From Vulcanimicrobiota bacterium (GTDB taxonomy: Bacteria > Vulcanimicrobiota > Vulcanimicrobiia > Vulcanimicrobiales > Vulcanimicrobiaceae): DNA of 64,000 bases. Below are positions 52,628 to 62,473 of the stretch, piece by piece. The stretch covers positions 2,336,001 through 2,400,000 of the forward strand of contig OY968762.1 in NCBI GenBank assembly GCA_963695225.1. The letters are read 5' to 3'. The position numbers and the translations under genes are program-made. Below the pieces are notes generated by a model. The model was not told the DNA's origin and ran no database searches. It saw only the letters and a program-made list of their open reading frames with translations. How positions within the stretch are numbered: the stretch's first letter is position 1; each line of letters opens with the position of its first letter.

Positions 52628-53499
52628 AACGAACGGAATTTCTCGAGCACATCGCCTGGACCGGAAGCGGGATCGCCTGGTCGCTCTCGGCGACCGGACT
52701 CCTCAGCGCGGCCCCTGCCCAGGCTGCGACGTTCTCGTTCGTCCAGATCAGCGACAGCCACATCGGCTTCGCTCGTCCGGAGAACCCCGACGTCGCCGGG
52801 ACGCTTGCGGCAACGGTCGATGCGATCAATCGGCTCCCCGCACAGCCCGCGTTCGTCGTCCACACCGGGGACGTGACGCACCTCTCGAAGCCGGAGCAGT
52901 TCGACGCGGCGAAGTCGATTCTCGCCGGGCTCAAGGCGCCGCTCGTCGTCCTCCCCGGCGAACATGACGTGATCGGATCGCCGGCGGCGTTCTTCGCCGC
53001 GTTCAAGCGCTCCGATGCTCCGAACGGCTGGTTTTCGTTCGAGCAAAACGGGATCCACTTTCTCTCGCTCGTCAACGTGTTCAATTTCGAGATCGACGGG
53101 AAGCTCGGCGCCGAGCAAATCGCGTTCGTCGAGAAAGACTTGGCCGGGCAGAAGGCGTCTACGCCGATCGTCGTCTTCGGGCACGTTCCGCTCTATGCGC
53201 TCTATCCGAAATGGGGCTGGACGACTGAGGACGGCGCACGCGTCCTCGCCGCGCTCGCGCGTTTCGACGCGGTGACCGTGCTGAACGGCCACATCCACCA
53301 GATCGTCCAGCATTCCGAGGGGAAGATCCGCTTCGCGACGGCGGCCTCGACGGCGTATCCGCAGCCGGCGCCGGGGGCGGCGGAGAAGCCCGGCCCGCTG
53401 ATGCTCCCCGCGGGGACGCTGCTCTCCGCGCTCGGCTACCGGACCATCGAATTCGCAGGCGGCCCCGCCGTCGTCGCCGATCGCAGCCTCGCGGGCTGA
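52624..53499 (+). CDS. Metallophosphoesterase (Icc/CpdA-like), probably exported
   Basis: QISDSH, HTGDV, PGEHD, GHVP, NGHIH; Tat-like KRTEFL at the N-terminus. Confidence 0.9.
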   Translation: MKRTEFLEHIAWTGSGIAWSLSATGLLSAAPAQAATFSFVQISDSHIGFARPENPDVAGTLAATVDAINRLPAQPAFVVHTGDVTHLSKPEQFDAAKSILAGLKAPLVVLPGEHDVIGSPAAFFAAFKRSDAPNGWFSFEQNGIHFLSLVNVFNFEIDGKLGAEQIAFVEKDLAGQKASTPIVVFGHVPLYALYPKWGWTTEDGARVLAALARFDAVTVLNGHIHQIVQHSEGKIRFATAASTAYPQPAPGAAEKPGPLMLPAGTLLSALGYRTIEFAGGPAVVADRSLAG

Positions 53500-53509
53500 G
53501 CGCCCGCGC

Positions 53510-54283
53510 TCACTCGGCGAACGGAGGCGTCACGTCATCGTAGACGTGCGCCGAGGCGATCTTGCCGGCTTCGTCACGGGCGTAGATCGCGAGGCCCGCC
53601 TGCGGCGCCAGCGCGTGACTTCCCCAGCGCACGCAGTTGAACTCGAGCGCCGAGCGGACGCCGTCCTCGACGAGCGCGCAATGTTCGAGCACGATCCCGC
53701 CCCCCGCGCCGAAGAAACGGCGATAGAGCGCGAGCAGCGCGTCGTGTCCTCGGTAGGAATAGCTCCCGCCGCTAGGTTCGCGGAAGTAGCCGTCGGGAGC
53801 GAAGGTCGCGACGATCCGCTCCGCGTCGCCGGCGGCGAGCGCCGCGAAGTACTCGCCCACGATATCGGACGCATGCAGATCCGGATCGCCCGGAAGGAGC
53901 GGCGCGCGGATGCGATGCGTCCCCGTCAGCGGGTACGTGCTGTGATAGATGCGCAGCGCGATCCCCCCGCCGGGAGCCGTATCACGCACGACGGCGACCG
54001 GGAGCTCGATCGTGCGGCCGTCGCTCCAAAGTTCGCAGACGAACTCGCCGGCGACGCGACGGACTCCGCCGGTGAGCGCCGCGCCCTTCCAGCGCCGCCG
54101 TTCCGCGGAGGCGCGATCCTCCTCGGCCGCCAGATAGCCGCGCACGGCTTCGCCTCCGCTCACGCGCCCGTGGACGGGATCCTCGATAGTGAGGCGATCC
54201 GCGAGCGCCCCTCGGAGGTCGACGGGCTCGTAATCGAGTCCGCACGTCGATTGGAGCAAACCGAGGAAGTCGTTCGACCACAT
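53510..54283 (-). CDS. SnoaL/NTF2-like domain protein
   Basis: IVGEYFAALAAGDAERIVATFAPDGYFREP…VYDD. Confidence 0.78.
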   Translation of the reverse strand: MWSNDFLGLLQSTCGLDYEPVDLRGALADRLTIEDPVHGRVSGGEAVRGYLAAEEDRASAERRRWKGAALTGGVRRVAGEFVCELWSDGRTIELPVAVVRDTAPGGGIALRIYHSTYPLTGTHRIRAPLLPGDPDLHASDIVGEYFAALAAGDAERIVATFAPDGYFREPSGGSYSYRGHDALLALYRRFFGAGGGIVLEHCALVEDGVRSALEFNCVRWGSHALAPQAGLAIYARDEAGKIASAHVYDDVTPPFAE

Positions 54284-54285
54284 CG

Positions 54286-55122
54286 CTAGGGCACAGCCGC
54301 ACCTTCGCCCGCGGCGCTCTCGCCCGGCGGAACGCACGGCGGAACGCACGGCGAGATCACGCTTTCGATCGTCTCGGCGAGGCGGCGTGAGGCGGCGGTC
54401 GCGATATTGAGGACTTCCCCGTGCGCGGGGCCCGCCGCCGCGTTCAACACATTGGTGATCACGCTGATGCCGAGAACCTCGAGGCCGTAGGTGCGGGCGG
54501 CGATCGTCTCGAGCACCGTCGACATCCCGACTGCATCGGCACCGCCGCTGCGCAGCAGCGCGGCTTCGGCGGGCGTTTCGAACGCCGGTCCGCGCAGCCC
54601 CGCGTAAACGCCTTCGCGGAGCCCAAGCACCGCCGACGCTCTCGCGCGAGCGCGCAGGTGCTCGGCGTATGCGCCGTTCATGTCGACGAAGAGCTGCGGA
54701 TCGAGCCGCGGATCGATCGGGCTCGACCCCGTCAGGTTGATCTGATCTGCGATCAACATCAGATCCCCCGGGACGAACTCCGCGTTCAAGGCACCGGCGG
54801 CATTCGTCAGGACGAGCGTCTTGATCCCGAGCTCGGCGGCGAGGCGCACGGGCGCCGTGACGGCGCGTGCGTCGTAGCCTTGGTAGAGATGGACGCGCCC
54901 CGCGAAGATGAGGACGCTGCACGTTCCCCAGCGCCCGGCGAGCGCGTATCCCGGATGCCCGGCGATCGTCGCCGCCGGGAGACCGAGCTTTTCATAGGGG
55001 ATGCGCTTCCCTTCAACGTGCAGCTCGACCGCCGCGGAGAGCCCGCTCCCGAGGACGATCGCGACCGCCGGCGGCTCGTGGCACGTCTTGAGAACGCGAC
55101 GGGCCGCGGCGGATTGCTTCAC
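54286..55122 (-). CDS. punA: Purine nucleoside phosphorylase (trimeric type)
   Basis: IVLGSGL, GRVHLYQG, TNAAG, GPAFETPAE, GMSTVLE. Confidence 0.93.
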   Translation of the reverse strand: MKQSAAARRVLKTCHEPPAVAIVLGSGLSAAVELHVEGKRIPYEKLGLPAATIAGHPGYALAGRWGTCSVLIFAGRVHLYQGYDARAVTAPVRLAAELGIKTLVLTNAAGALNAEFVPGDLMLIADQINLTGSSPIDPRLDPQLFVDMNGAYAEHLRARARASAVLGLREGVYAGLRGPAFETPAEAALLRSGGADAVGMSTVLETIAARTYGLEVLGISVITNVLNAAAGPAHGEVLNIATAASRRLAETIESVISPCVPPCVPPGESAAGEGAAVP

Positions 55123-56684
55123 GCCGGCAAGCGTCCCGCCTCGACGGGGGCCGCGCTGAGCAGGTTCTGCCCGGTCATCGCGGGCGGCGCCGCAAGACCC
55201 AGCAGCGGCAAGAGCGTCGGGGCGATATCCCCGAGCTTCCCGCCGCGCGCGAGCGTCCCGAGCGGGGTGCGCGAGATCAGGACGAACGGAACGGGATTCG
55301 TCGTGTGCGCGGTCAGCGGGTTGCCCTCCGCGTCCAGCTTGTCCTCGGCGTTGCCGTGGTCGGACGTGATCGCGAGGATCCCGTCCGCCGCGAGGACCGC
55401 AGCTTCGAGTTTCCCGAGTTCCGCATCGAGGATTTCGAGCGCCTCGATCGTCGCGGGCATGTTCCCCGTATGCCCGACCATGTCGGCGTTCGCATAGTTC
55501 ATGACGATCAGATCGTGCTTGCGCGCGCCGATGTCCTCGACCGCCACGTGCGTGATCTGGGGCGCGGCCATCTCCGGCGCGAGGTCGTACGTCGCGACCG
55601 TACGGTTGGAGGGCAGCAGCTTGCGATCTTCCCGGGCGAACACTTCCTCGCGCCCGCCGTTGAAGAAATACGTGACGTGCGCGTACTTCTCGGTCTCCGC
55701 AAGGCGAAGTTGCGAGAGCCCCGCGGCCGCGACGATCTCGCCGAACGTATCCGGCTGCGGGCGCGGTCCGAAGAGCACCGGGTTCGGGAACTCTTCCTCG
55801 TAGCGCGTCATCGTCGCGAAGATCAAGCTCTCGAAGCGGCGCGTCGTGAAATGCGAGAACGTCGCGTCCGAGAAGGCGAGCGTCAATTCGCGTCCTCGGT
55901 CGGGGCGGAAATTGAAGAAGATCACCGCGTCCCCGTCCGCGACGGGGCGCGCCTCGCCGACGAGCGTCGGCACGATGAACTCGTCGTTCTCGCCGCGTTC
56001 GTAGGCGGCCTCGACCGCGGCCCGCGCAGATTCGGCAGAGTATTGCGCTTCGCCGAAAGCGAGCGCGCGATAGGCGCGCTCGACGCGTTCCCAGCGCTTG
56101 TCGCGATCCATCGCGTAGAAGCGGCCCGTCACCGAGGCGATCGAACCGCTCCGCCCGAGCTTTTCGAGATGCGCTTCGAGCGCTTCGACGTACGGGATCA
56201 TCGATTGCGGCGGCACGTCTCGTCCGTCGCCGAACGCGTGCACGCGGAACGGCACGCCGCCCGCGACGGCGGCGTCGGCGAGCGCGTAGAGGTGCTCGAT
56301 CGAACTGTGCACGCAGCCGTCGGAGAGCAGGCCCATGAAGTGCAACGCTCCACCCGTTGCGCGCACGTGCGCGATGCAACGCTGCAAGACGGGATTCGTC
56401 GCGAAGGTGCCGTCGGCGAGCGCGGCGTTGATCACGACGACGCCCTGCGGCACGACGCGCCCGCTCCCCATGTTGATGTGCCCGACTTCGCTGTTCCCCA
56501 TCACGCCCTTCGGCAAGCCGACCGCCTCGCCGCTCGCCTCGAGCAGCGTCCAAGGATACGTGTGAAGCATCCGGTCCCAATTCGGCAAATGCGCCGCGGC
56601 GATCGCGTTCCCGTGCGCCTTCTCGCTGTAGCCCCAACCGTCGAGGATCGCGAGCACGACGGGGCCGCTGCTCGCCCGGCTCAT
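55119..56684 (-). CDS. gpmI: 2,3-bisphosphoglycerate-independent phosphoglycerate mutase
   Basis: ILDGWG, MGNSEVGH, GRFYAMDRD, AETEKYAHVT, DMVGH, DHGN. Confidence 0.97.
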   Translation of the reverse strand: MSRASSGPVVLAILDGWGYSEKAHGNAIAAAHLPNWDRMLHTYPWTLLEASGEAVGLPKGVMGNSEVGHINMGSGRVVPQGVVVINAALADGTFATNPVLQRCIAHVRATGGALHFMGLLSDGCVHSSIEHLYALADAAVAGGVPFRVHAFGDGRDVPPQSMIPYVEALEAHLEKLGRSGSIASVTGRFYAMDRDKRWERVERAYRALAFGEAQYSAESARAAVEAAYERGENDEFIVPTLVGEARPVADGDAVIFFNFRPDRGRELTLAFSDATFSHFTTRRFESLIFATMTRYEEEFPNPVLFGPRPQPDTFGEIVAAAGLSQLRLAETEKYAHVTYFFNGGREEVFAREDRKLLPSNRTVATYDLAPEMAAPQITHVAVEDIGARKHDLIVMNYANADMVGHTGNMPATIEALEILDAELGKLEAAVLAADGILAITSDHGNAEDKLDAEGNPLTAHTTNPVPFVLISRTPLGTLARGGKLGDIAPTLLPLLGLAAPPAMTGQNLLSAAPVEAGRLPA

Positions 56685-57436
56685 CGGTGCGCGATACCGT
56701 GTGCGGCCGCGAAGATCACGGCGTGGAAGGCGTCGGCGGTCAGGCTCGCGCCGCCGATCAAACCGCCGTCGATGTTCTCCTGCGCCATCAGCGCGCCCGC
56801 GCTGTCGGCCTTCATGCTCCCGCCGTACAGGATTCGCGAACGCTCGAGCCCCTGCACGCTGGTGCGGATCTGGCCCATCGTCGCGTTTGCGTTCTCGGGC
56901 GAATCGACGAGGCCGGTCCCGATCGCCCAGATCGGCTCGTACGCGATGACGCACTGCGCGACTTCCGCCGGCGAGAGCCCGAAGAGCGCGGCGCGCGTCT
57001 GGTGCACGACCTTCGAAATCGTGTACCCGGCCTCGTACTCGTGCGCGGTCTCGCCGACGGCGACGATCGGCGTGATGCCGAAATCGAGCGCCGCGCGGAC
57101 CTTGTGCTTGATCGCGGAATCGGTTTCGCCGTTGTACTGGCGCCGCTCCGAATGCCCGAGGATCACGTACGTCACGCCGAGCTCGCGGAGCATGACGGGG
57201 GAGATCTCACCCGTGTACGCGCCGCTCCTCCCTTCGTGCATCGTCTGCGCGCCGAGCGCGATCTTCGAGCCCCGCACGATCTCCGCGGCGGCTGCGAGCG
57301 CGGTGAACGGCGGGCAAACGGCGACCTCGATCTCGGGCGGCAGGTGCCGCTCCACGAGCGCGCCGAGCAGCTCGCGCGTCTCCGCGATCGTCTTGTTCAT
57401 CTTCCAATTGCCGGCGATGAGGGGGCGGCGGGTCAT
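56681..57436 (-). CDS. tpiA: Triosephosphate isomerase
   Basis: [29 protein letters not shown]. Confidence 0.97.
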   Translation of the reverse strand: MTRRPLIAGNWKMNKTIAETRELLGALVERHLPPEIEVAVCPPFTALAAAAEIVRGSKIALGAQTMHEGRSGAYTGEISPVMLRELGVTYVILGHSERRQYNGETDSAIKHKVRAALDFGITPIVAVGETAHEYEAGYTISKVVHQTRAALFGLSPAEVAQCVIAYEPIWAIGTGLVDSPENANATMGQIRTSVQGLERSRILYGGSMKADSAGALMAQENIDGGLIGGASLTADAFHAVIFAAAHGIAHR

Positions 57437-57437
57437 C

Positions 57438-58640
57438 TCACTTGCTCCGTTCGCGAGCGCTGCGCTCGAGTGCGGCAACGCCCGGGAGCGTCTTGCCTTC
57501 CAAGAATTCGAGGGTCGCGCCGCCTCCGGTCGAGACGTGCGTCATCGCCTCCGCAAAGCCTAGCGCGTGAGCGGCGGCGGCCGCGTCTCCGCCGCCGACG
57601 ACGCTCGTCGCGCCGCCGCGGGTGGCGGCGGCGATCGCCTCGCCGATCGTGCGCGTCCCGTCTTCGTAGGCGGGCTTCTCGTAGACGCCCATCGGCCCGT
57701 TGAAGACGATCGTCTTCGCATCGCGTAGCACGGCGGCGTACGCTTCCGCCGTCGCCGGACCGATGTCGAGGATCATGCGATCGCCGATCGCGTCGAGCGC
57801 GACCGTTTCCGCCTGGTCGTCCGCATCGAACGCCGTCGAGACGACGGCGTCGACGGGGAGGTGCAACGGGATCCCCTTTGCCATGGCGGCTGCGATGATG
57901 TGCGTCGCGGGGCCGAGGTCCGCGTCGCGCAACGACGTCCCGACGTCGATGCCCTGCGCCGCGAGGAACGTGTTCGCCATTCCGCCGCCGATCACGAACG
58001 AACTGACGCGATCGAGCAGGTTCGTGAAGACGCCGACTTTGTCTTTGACCTTCGCGCCGCCGATCGCGCACACGAACGGCTTGACCGGATTGTGAGTCAG
58101 CCGCGCGAGCGCCGAAAGCTCGGCCTCCATCAAGAAACCGGCGGCGGCGGGGAGAAAGCGGGCGATCCCTTCCGTCGAGGCGTGCGCGCGATGGGCGGTC
58201 CCGAACGCGTCGTTCACGTACAGGTCGCCGAGCGACGCGAGTTCCCGCGCGAACGCGGGGTCGTTCGCTTCCTCCTCGCGGTGGAAGCGAACGTTTTCGA
58301 GCAGCACGATATCGCCGTCGGCGAGCGCCGCCGCGGCTTTTTGCGCCGGCTCGCCGATGCAATCTGCGGCGAAGGCGACGGGGAGGCCGAGGCGCTCGGA
58401 GAGCACGCGTGCGACCGGGGCGAGCGAGTATTTCGGATTCGCCGCGCCGTCCGGCCGGCCCAGGTGCGAGAGCACGATCGTGCGCGCGCCGTTCTCGTGC
58501 AGATGGCGCAGCGTCGCAAGGGCGGCGAGGATGCGCGTGGGATCGCCCACGGCGCCGTCTTTCATCGGGACGTTGAGATCTTCGCGCACGACGACGCGCT
58601 TGCCGCGAACGTCGAGATCTTCAAGTGTCAGAAACTGCAT
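57438..58640 (-). CDS. pgk: Phosphoglycerate kinase
   Basis: [30 protein letters not shown]. Confidence 0.97.
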   Translation of the reverse strand: MQFLTLEDLDVRGKRVVVREDLNVPMKDGAVGDPTRILAALATLRHLHENGARTIVLSHLGRPDGAANPKYSLAPVARVLSERLGLPVAFAADCIGEPAQKAAAALADGDIVLLENVRFHREEEANDPAFARELASLGDLYVNDAFGTAHRAHASTEGIARFLPAAAGFLMEAELSALARLTHNPVKPFVCAIGGAKVKDKVGVFTNLLDRVSSFVIGGGMANTFLAAQGIDVGTSLRDADLGPATHIIAAAMAKGIPLHLPVDAVVSTAFDADDQAETVALDAIGDRMILDIGPATAEAYAAVLRDAKTIVFNGPMGVYEKPAYEDGTRTIGEAIAAATRGGATSVVGGGDAAAAAHALGFAEAMTHVSTGGGATLEFLEGKTLPGVAALERSARERSK

Positions 58641-58734
58641 CGGACGAGACTACTCCGTGAACGGCGGTGCGCCGGGGCGTCCGTGGTCCCGGGTGCCGCG
58701 AGGCACCCGGGAAGCCTCGAAGGCCCGAGCGCGT

Positions 58735-59739
58735 TTAGGCGAGCTTCGAGAGCACGAGCGAGGCCGCGTCCGCGAGGCGGCACGAATAGCCCCATTCGTT
58801 GTCGTACCAGGCGCCGATCTGGATCAAGTCGCCGTTCGCTCCGCTCAGCGGGCCGTCGATGATCGAGCTGTACGGCGATTGCTTGAAGTCGCACGAGACG
58901 AGCGGTGCCTCGTTGAACGCCACGTATTCCTTGAGCGGGCCTTCCGCCGCGGCCTTGAGGACCGCGTTGAGCTCGTCCTTCGTCGTCTCTTTCTTCACTT
59001 GGGCGACGAGATAGACCATCGAAACGGTGGGCGTCGGAACGCGTAGCGCGAACCCGTCGAACGTTCCCTTGATCTCGGGGATCGCTAGATAGAGGGCCTT
59101 CGCGGCACCGGTCGAGGTCGGGATGATGTTCGTCGCCGCGTTGCGGGCGCGCCGCAGATCCTTGTGCGGCGCGTCGAGGACGTTCTGGTCGTTCGTGTAG
59201 GAGTGGATCGTCGACATGAAGCCCTTACGCCAGCCGAATGCGTCGACGATCGGCTTCACGGCGGTCGCCAGGCAGTTCGTCGTGCAGGACGCATTCGAGA
59301 TCACGTGGTGCTTCTCGGGATCGTACGAGCCATCGTTGACGCCGAGGACGATCGTGATGTCCTCTCCCGAGGCGGGCGCCGAGATCAGAACCTTTTTCGC
59401 GCCGCCGCCGTCGATGTGCGCGCGCGCTTTCGCGGCGTTCGTGAAGAGGCCGGTCGATTCGATCACGAGACCGACGCCGAGATCCTTCCAGGGGATCTTC
59501 GCGGGATCGCGTTCGGCGAGCACCTTGATGGTCTGGTCCCCGACGGTCAACGTGTTCGCGGTGTGCGCGACCGTGCCGGCGTACGTGCCGTAGTTCGAGT
59601 CGTACTTGAAGAGGTGCGCGCTCTCGGCGGCACTCGTGAGATCGTTGACCGCCGCGATCTCGATCTGCGGGTAGCGGTCGAGGAGACACTTCGTGAAGTT
59701 GCGGCCGATTCGACCGAACCCGTTGATCCCGATGCGCAT
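58735..59739 (-). CDS. gap: Type I glyceraldehyde-3-phosphate dehydrogenase
   Basis: GINGFGRIGR, SNASCTTNCL, WYDNEWGY. Confidence 0.97.
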   Translation of the reverse strand: MRIGINGFGRIGRNFTKCLLDRYPQIEIAAVNDLTSAAESAHLFKYDSNYGTYAGTVAHTANTLTVGDQTIKVLAERDPAKIPWKDLGVGLVIESTGLFTNAAKARAHIDGGGAKKVLISAPASGEDITIVLGVNDGSYDPEKHHVISNASCTTNCLATAVKPIVDAFGWRKGFMSTIHSYTNDQNVLDAPHKDLRRARNAATNIIPTSTGAAKALYLAIPEIKGTFDGFALRVPTPTVSMVYLVAQVKKETTKDELNAVLKAAAEGPLKEYVAFNEAPLVSCDFKQSPYSSIIDGPLSGANGDLIQIGAWYDNEWGYSCRLADAASLVLSKLA

Positions 59740-59779
59740 GCAAAGAATTCCCATTGGACGGAGGGGTAACGGCTTCTCG

Positions 59780-60685
59780 TTACCCGCCGCCGTCGCCGGC
59801 TCCCTTGTGCAAACCGGCAGAGGAGATGTCCGCTTGCGCGGCGCCGAAACGCGCGGCCAGCCGCAGGACCGCGGCGATCCGCCCGTTGACCGTCGCCTTG
59901 TCCGCCGGGGGGCGGCACCGGCGGCCGAGCTCGGCGAGCGTTTCGCTCGGATGGGCGAGCCGCAGTTCGGCGACCTCGCGCTGCGCCGGCGTAAGCCTGT
60001 GGAGGCCGTGGGTCTCGGCGAGCAGCGAGATCTGCTCTCGTTGGCGCGCGGCGGCCGCCGCGGCCCGCTCGACGTTCGCTGCTTCCGTGTTCACCAGGCG
60101 GCGGATGCGGTTCTTCGTTTCCTTGAACGCGCGGACGTCTTCCAAGTAGAGGACCGCCGCGTACGCGCCGATCGACGTGAGGACCTCGACGATCTCGTCG
60201 ATGTCCTTGAAGTAGACCAGCGGCCGGCCGCCGCGCATCGCGAGTTTGGGATGGCGGCCGTCGGCGCGCAGCAGCGCGGCGAGCCGTTCGGCGCGGGCGG
60301 GGTCCGGCGGGTAGTACTCCAGGTGGTAGCCGTGCGCGGGCGTCGAGACGGAACCGCAGGCGAGGAACGCTGCGCGGATCTCCATGCGCCGGTCGCAACG
60401 CCGCGTCGGGCGCCGGGGCGGGCCGGCTGCGGGGACCGGGAGTTCGTACACGCGAGCCTTCGCAAGGCGCGCCGCGTGTCCCGTGACGATCGGTTGCCGC
60501 TCCCGTTCGTCGAGGAGCGTGCGCAGCAGGCGCGCCACGGCTAGGCGTTGGGTGCGGAACGTTCGCCCGTCGGGCGTCGCGCCGTAGAGGAGAAGCCCGT
60601 CGCGGAGCGCGGCGCGGCAGTGCTCGGCCGCCGGAGAGTCGTGCGCGAGGGCGTCTTTGGCGTCGGCGGAGAGCGTCGAAGGCAT
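59780..60685 (-). CDS. whiA: DNA-binding protein WhiA
   Basis: FLACGSVSTP..GYHLE, RLVNTEAAN, RLAHPSETLAELG…K.TVN.R; immediately upstream of gap. Confidence 0.9.
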   Translation of the reverse strand: MPSTLSADAKDALAHDSPAAEHCRAALRDGLLLYGATPDGRTFRTQRLAVARLLRTLLDERERQPIVTGHAARLAKARVYELPVPAAGPPRRPTRRCDRRMEIRAAFLACGSVSTPAHGYHLEYYPPDPARAERLAALLRADGRHPKLAMRGGRPLVYFKDIDEIVEVLTSIGAYAAVLYLEDVRAFKETKNRIRRLVNTEAANVERAAAAAARQREQISLLAETHGLHRLTPAQREVAELRLAHPSETLAELGRRCRPPADKATVNGRIAAVLRLAARFGAAQADISSAGLHKGAGDGGG

Positions 60686-60692
60686 CGAGACG

Positions 60693-61289
60693 TCAGTAGC
60701 GGATCCGGATCTCGCAGCGCGCCGCGCCGGCGGCCTGGCACGCGCTCTCGGTCGCACGCGCCTCCGGGTGGACGAGGACGCGATAGAGCCGCTCGAACGT
60801 TCCGGCGTAGTAGTCGCAGACCGTCGATGCGGCGGAGATGCCCCGGCAGAGCGGGCAGCCTGCGAAGGAGACGATCGCGGGCCGGCCGTCGCAGATCTCG
60901 ACGGTGCTCGTGCCGGCGAACGTCCACGTGTGCCCGCGGATCGAGGCGAGGAGGCCGCGGCTCGCGAGCGGGGCGGGCAGCAGCTTGAGAACCGTTTGAG
61001 CCGGGCGCGGAACGCGGTGTGCCAACAGATAGTCCGCCGTGCGCACGCCGGAATCGCGCGCGAGCGCCCGCGCGGAAAAGTCGCCGAGCTCGCGGTACAT
61101 CGTCGCGAAGAGCGACGTCACCTCGGTCTCGGCGACCATTTCATGCGGAAGCTCTCGCTCGTACCGTTCGAGGCCTGCGGCGCGCAGGAGGGCTACGGTG
61201 CCTGGTTCCCCCACGCGCGCGCGCAAGGCCTCGATGGTACGGATGATGGCGTTGGGGCCGATGCGCCCCTCCGCCGCCACGGGGGTCAT
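60693..61289 (-). CDS. bchJ: BchJ-family (V4R) protein
   Basis: IGPNAI, TADYLLAHRVPRPAQ, HTWTFAG, CPLC, CDYYAGTFERLY, ESACQAAGAARC. Confidence 0.85.
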   Translation of the reverse strand: MTPVAAEGRIGPNAIIRTIEALRARVGEPGTVALLRAAGLERYERELPHEMVAETEVTSLFATMYRELGDFSARALARDSGVRTADYLLAHRVPRPAQTVLKLLPAPLASRGLLASIRGHTWTFAGTSTVEICDGRPAIVSFAGCPLCRGISAASTVCDYYAGTFERLYRVLVHPEARATESACQAAGAARCEIRIRY

Positions 61290-62473
61290 GCCGGGACCGG
61301 CACGGCTCCCGAGATCTCTTCGTCGGTCAGGTAGCAGGCCGGATCCGCTTCCCACGGATCGCCGGTCGCGGCGAGCGCGCGGACGCGGAAGTTGCCGCCG
61401 CAGAGGTTCATGAACTTGCACTCCCGGCAGCGACCCTTGATCAGCGGGAGGCGGTTGCGCAATCCGGCGAGCAGCTCGTTCGTCGGGTCGCTCCAGATCT
61501 GGCTGAACGGGCGCTCCTTGACGTTGCCGAGGTTCGCGCTCTGCCAGAACTGATCGGGGTGGACGTACCCTTGCGGATCGATGTCGCCGATGCCGACGCC
61601 CGAGGAGTTCGCGGCGCCGCCGTTCCAGGCGATCGTCTTGTACGCGAGTTCCGCAGCCTCGGTGTTCCCCTCTTCGAGGAGCGTCAGGTAGAGGTACGGG
61701 CCGTCGGCGTGATTGTCGACGGTCAGGATTTCGCGCGGATCGCCTTTCGCGACGAACTCGCGCGTCCGGCGAAAGATCGTGTCGAGCGCCTTGCGGCTGT
61801 CTTCGAGCGTGAGGTCGTCGGCGGTGCGTCCGCGTCCGGCCGAGACGAGGTGGTAGAAGCAGGCCCGTTGCACGCCTTCGCGATCGATGAAATCGAAGAT
61901 CTGCTCGAGATCGCGGGCGGTCTCCGGCGTGAGCGTCAAGCGCAGGCCGACCTTCTGCCCCACCGCACGGCAGTTGCGAATGCCGCGCACCGCGCGTTCG
62001 AACGCGCCGACTTTGCCGCGGAACTTGTCGTTCGTCTCGCCGATGCCGTCGAGCGAGATGCCGACGTAGGTGAAACCGAGATCGCGGATGCGCTGCGCGG
62101 TCGGGAGATCGAGCAGCGTGCCGTTCGTCGAGAGCGTGAACTTGATCCCGAGCGACCGGCCGTAGGCGGCGAGGTCGAGCGTGTCCTTGCGGGCGAGGGG
62201 CTCTCCGCCGGAGAGCAGCACGGCGGGAACGCCGAACGCGGCGAGATCTTCCAAGAGCGCGCGCCCCTGTTCGTGCGTCAGCTCGTTTTCGTACGATTTC
62301 GCGGCGGAATCGCTGTAGCAGTGCCGGCACGCGAGGTTGCACGTGCGCGTGACGTTCCACACGACGACAGGGCGGCGCTCGGACGCCGACTTCGGTGCGC
62401 CGGCGCCGTGGCCGTAGCGCAGGTGGTCCATCGGCTGGTCGAGGCCGCAAAGCAGTTTGGTAACGTTGATCAC
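61286..62473 (-). CDS. ahbC: Radical SAM/SPASM protein, AhbC/NirJ1-like
   Basis: INVTKLLCG…DHLRYG…RPVVVWNVTRTCNLACRHCY, CFYHLV, TVDNHADG, VHPDQFW, DPACYL. Confidence 0.82.
   Translation of the reverse strand: MINVTKLLCGLDQPMDHLRYGHGAGAPKSASERRPVVVWNVTRTCNLACRHCYSDSAAKSYENELTHEQGRALLEDLAAFGVPAVLLSGGEPLARKDTLDLAAYGRSLGIKFTLSTNGTLLDLPTAQRIRDLGFTYVGISLDGIGETNDKFRGKVGAFERAVRGIRNCRAVGQKVGLRLTLTPETARDLEQIFDFIDREGVQRACFYHLVSAGRGRTADDLTLEDSRKALDTIFRRTREFVAKGDPREILTVDNHADGPYLYLTLLEEGNTEAAELAYKTIAWNGGAANSSGVGIGDIDPQGYVHPDQFWQSANLGNVKERPFSQIWSDPTNELLAGLRNRLPLIKGRCRECKFMNLCGGNFRVRALAATGDPWEADPACYLTDEEISGAVPVPA

Noticed and set aside
58687..58711. Hairpin between gap and pgk (also the inverted repeat at 59764-59785)
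   Set aside because: No U-tract or recognisable motif; most likely ordinary mRNA stabilising/processing stems.
60693..61289. Proof of phototrophy from bchJ
   Set aside because: bchJ alone is insufficient; no reaction-centre or core bch genes are in the window.
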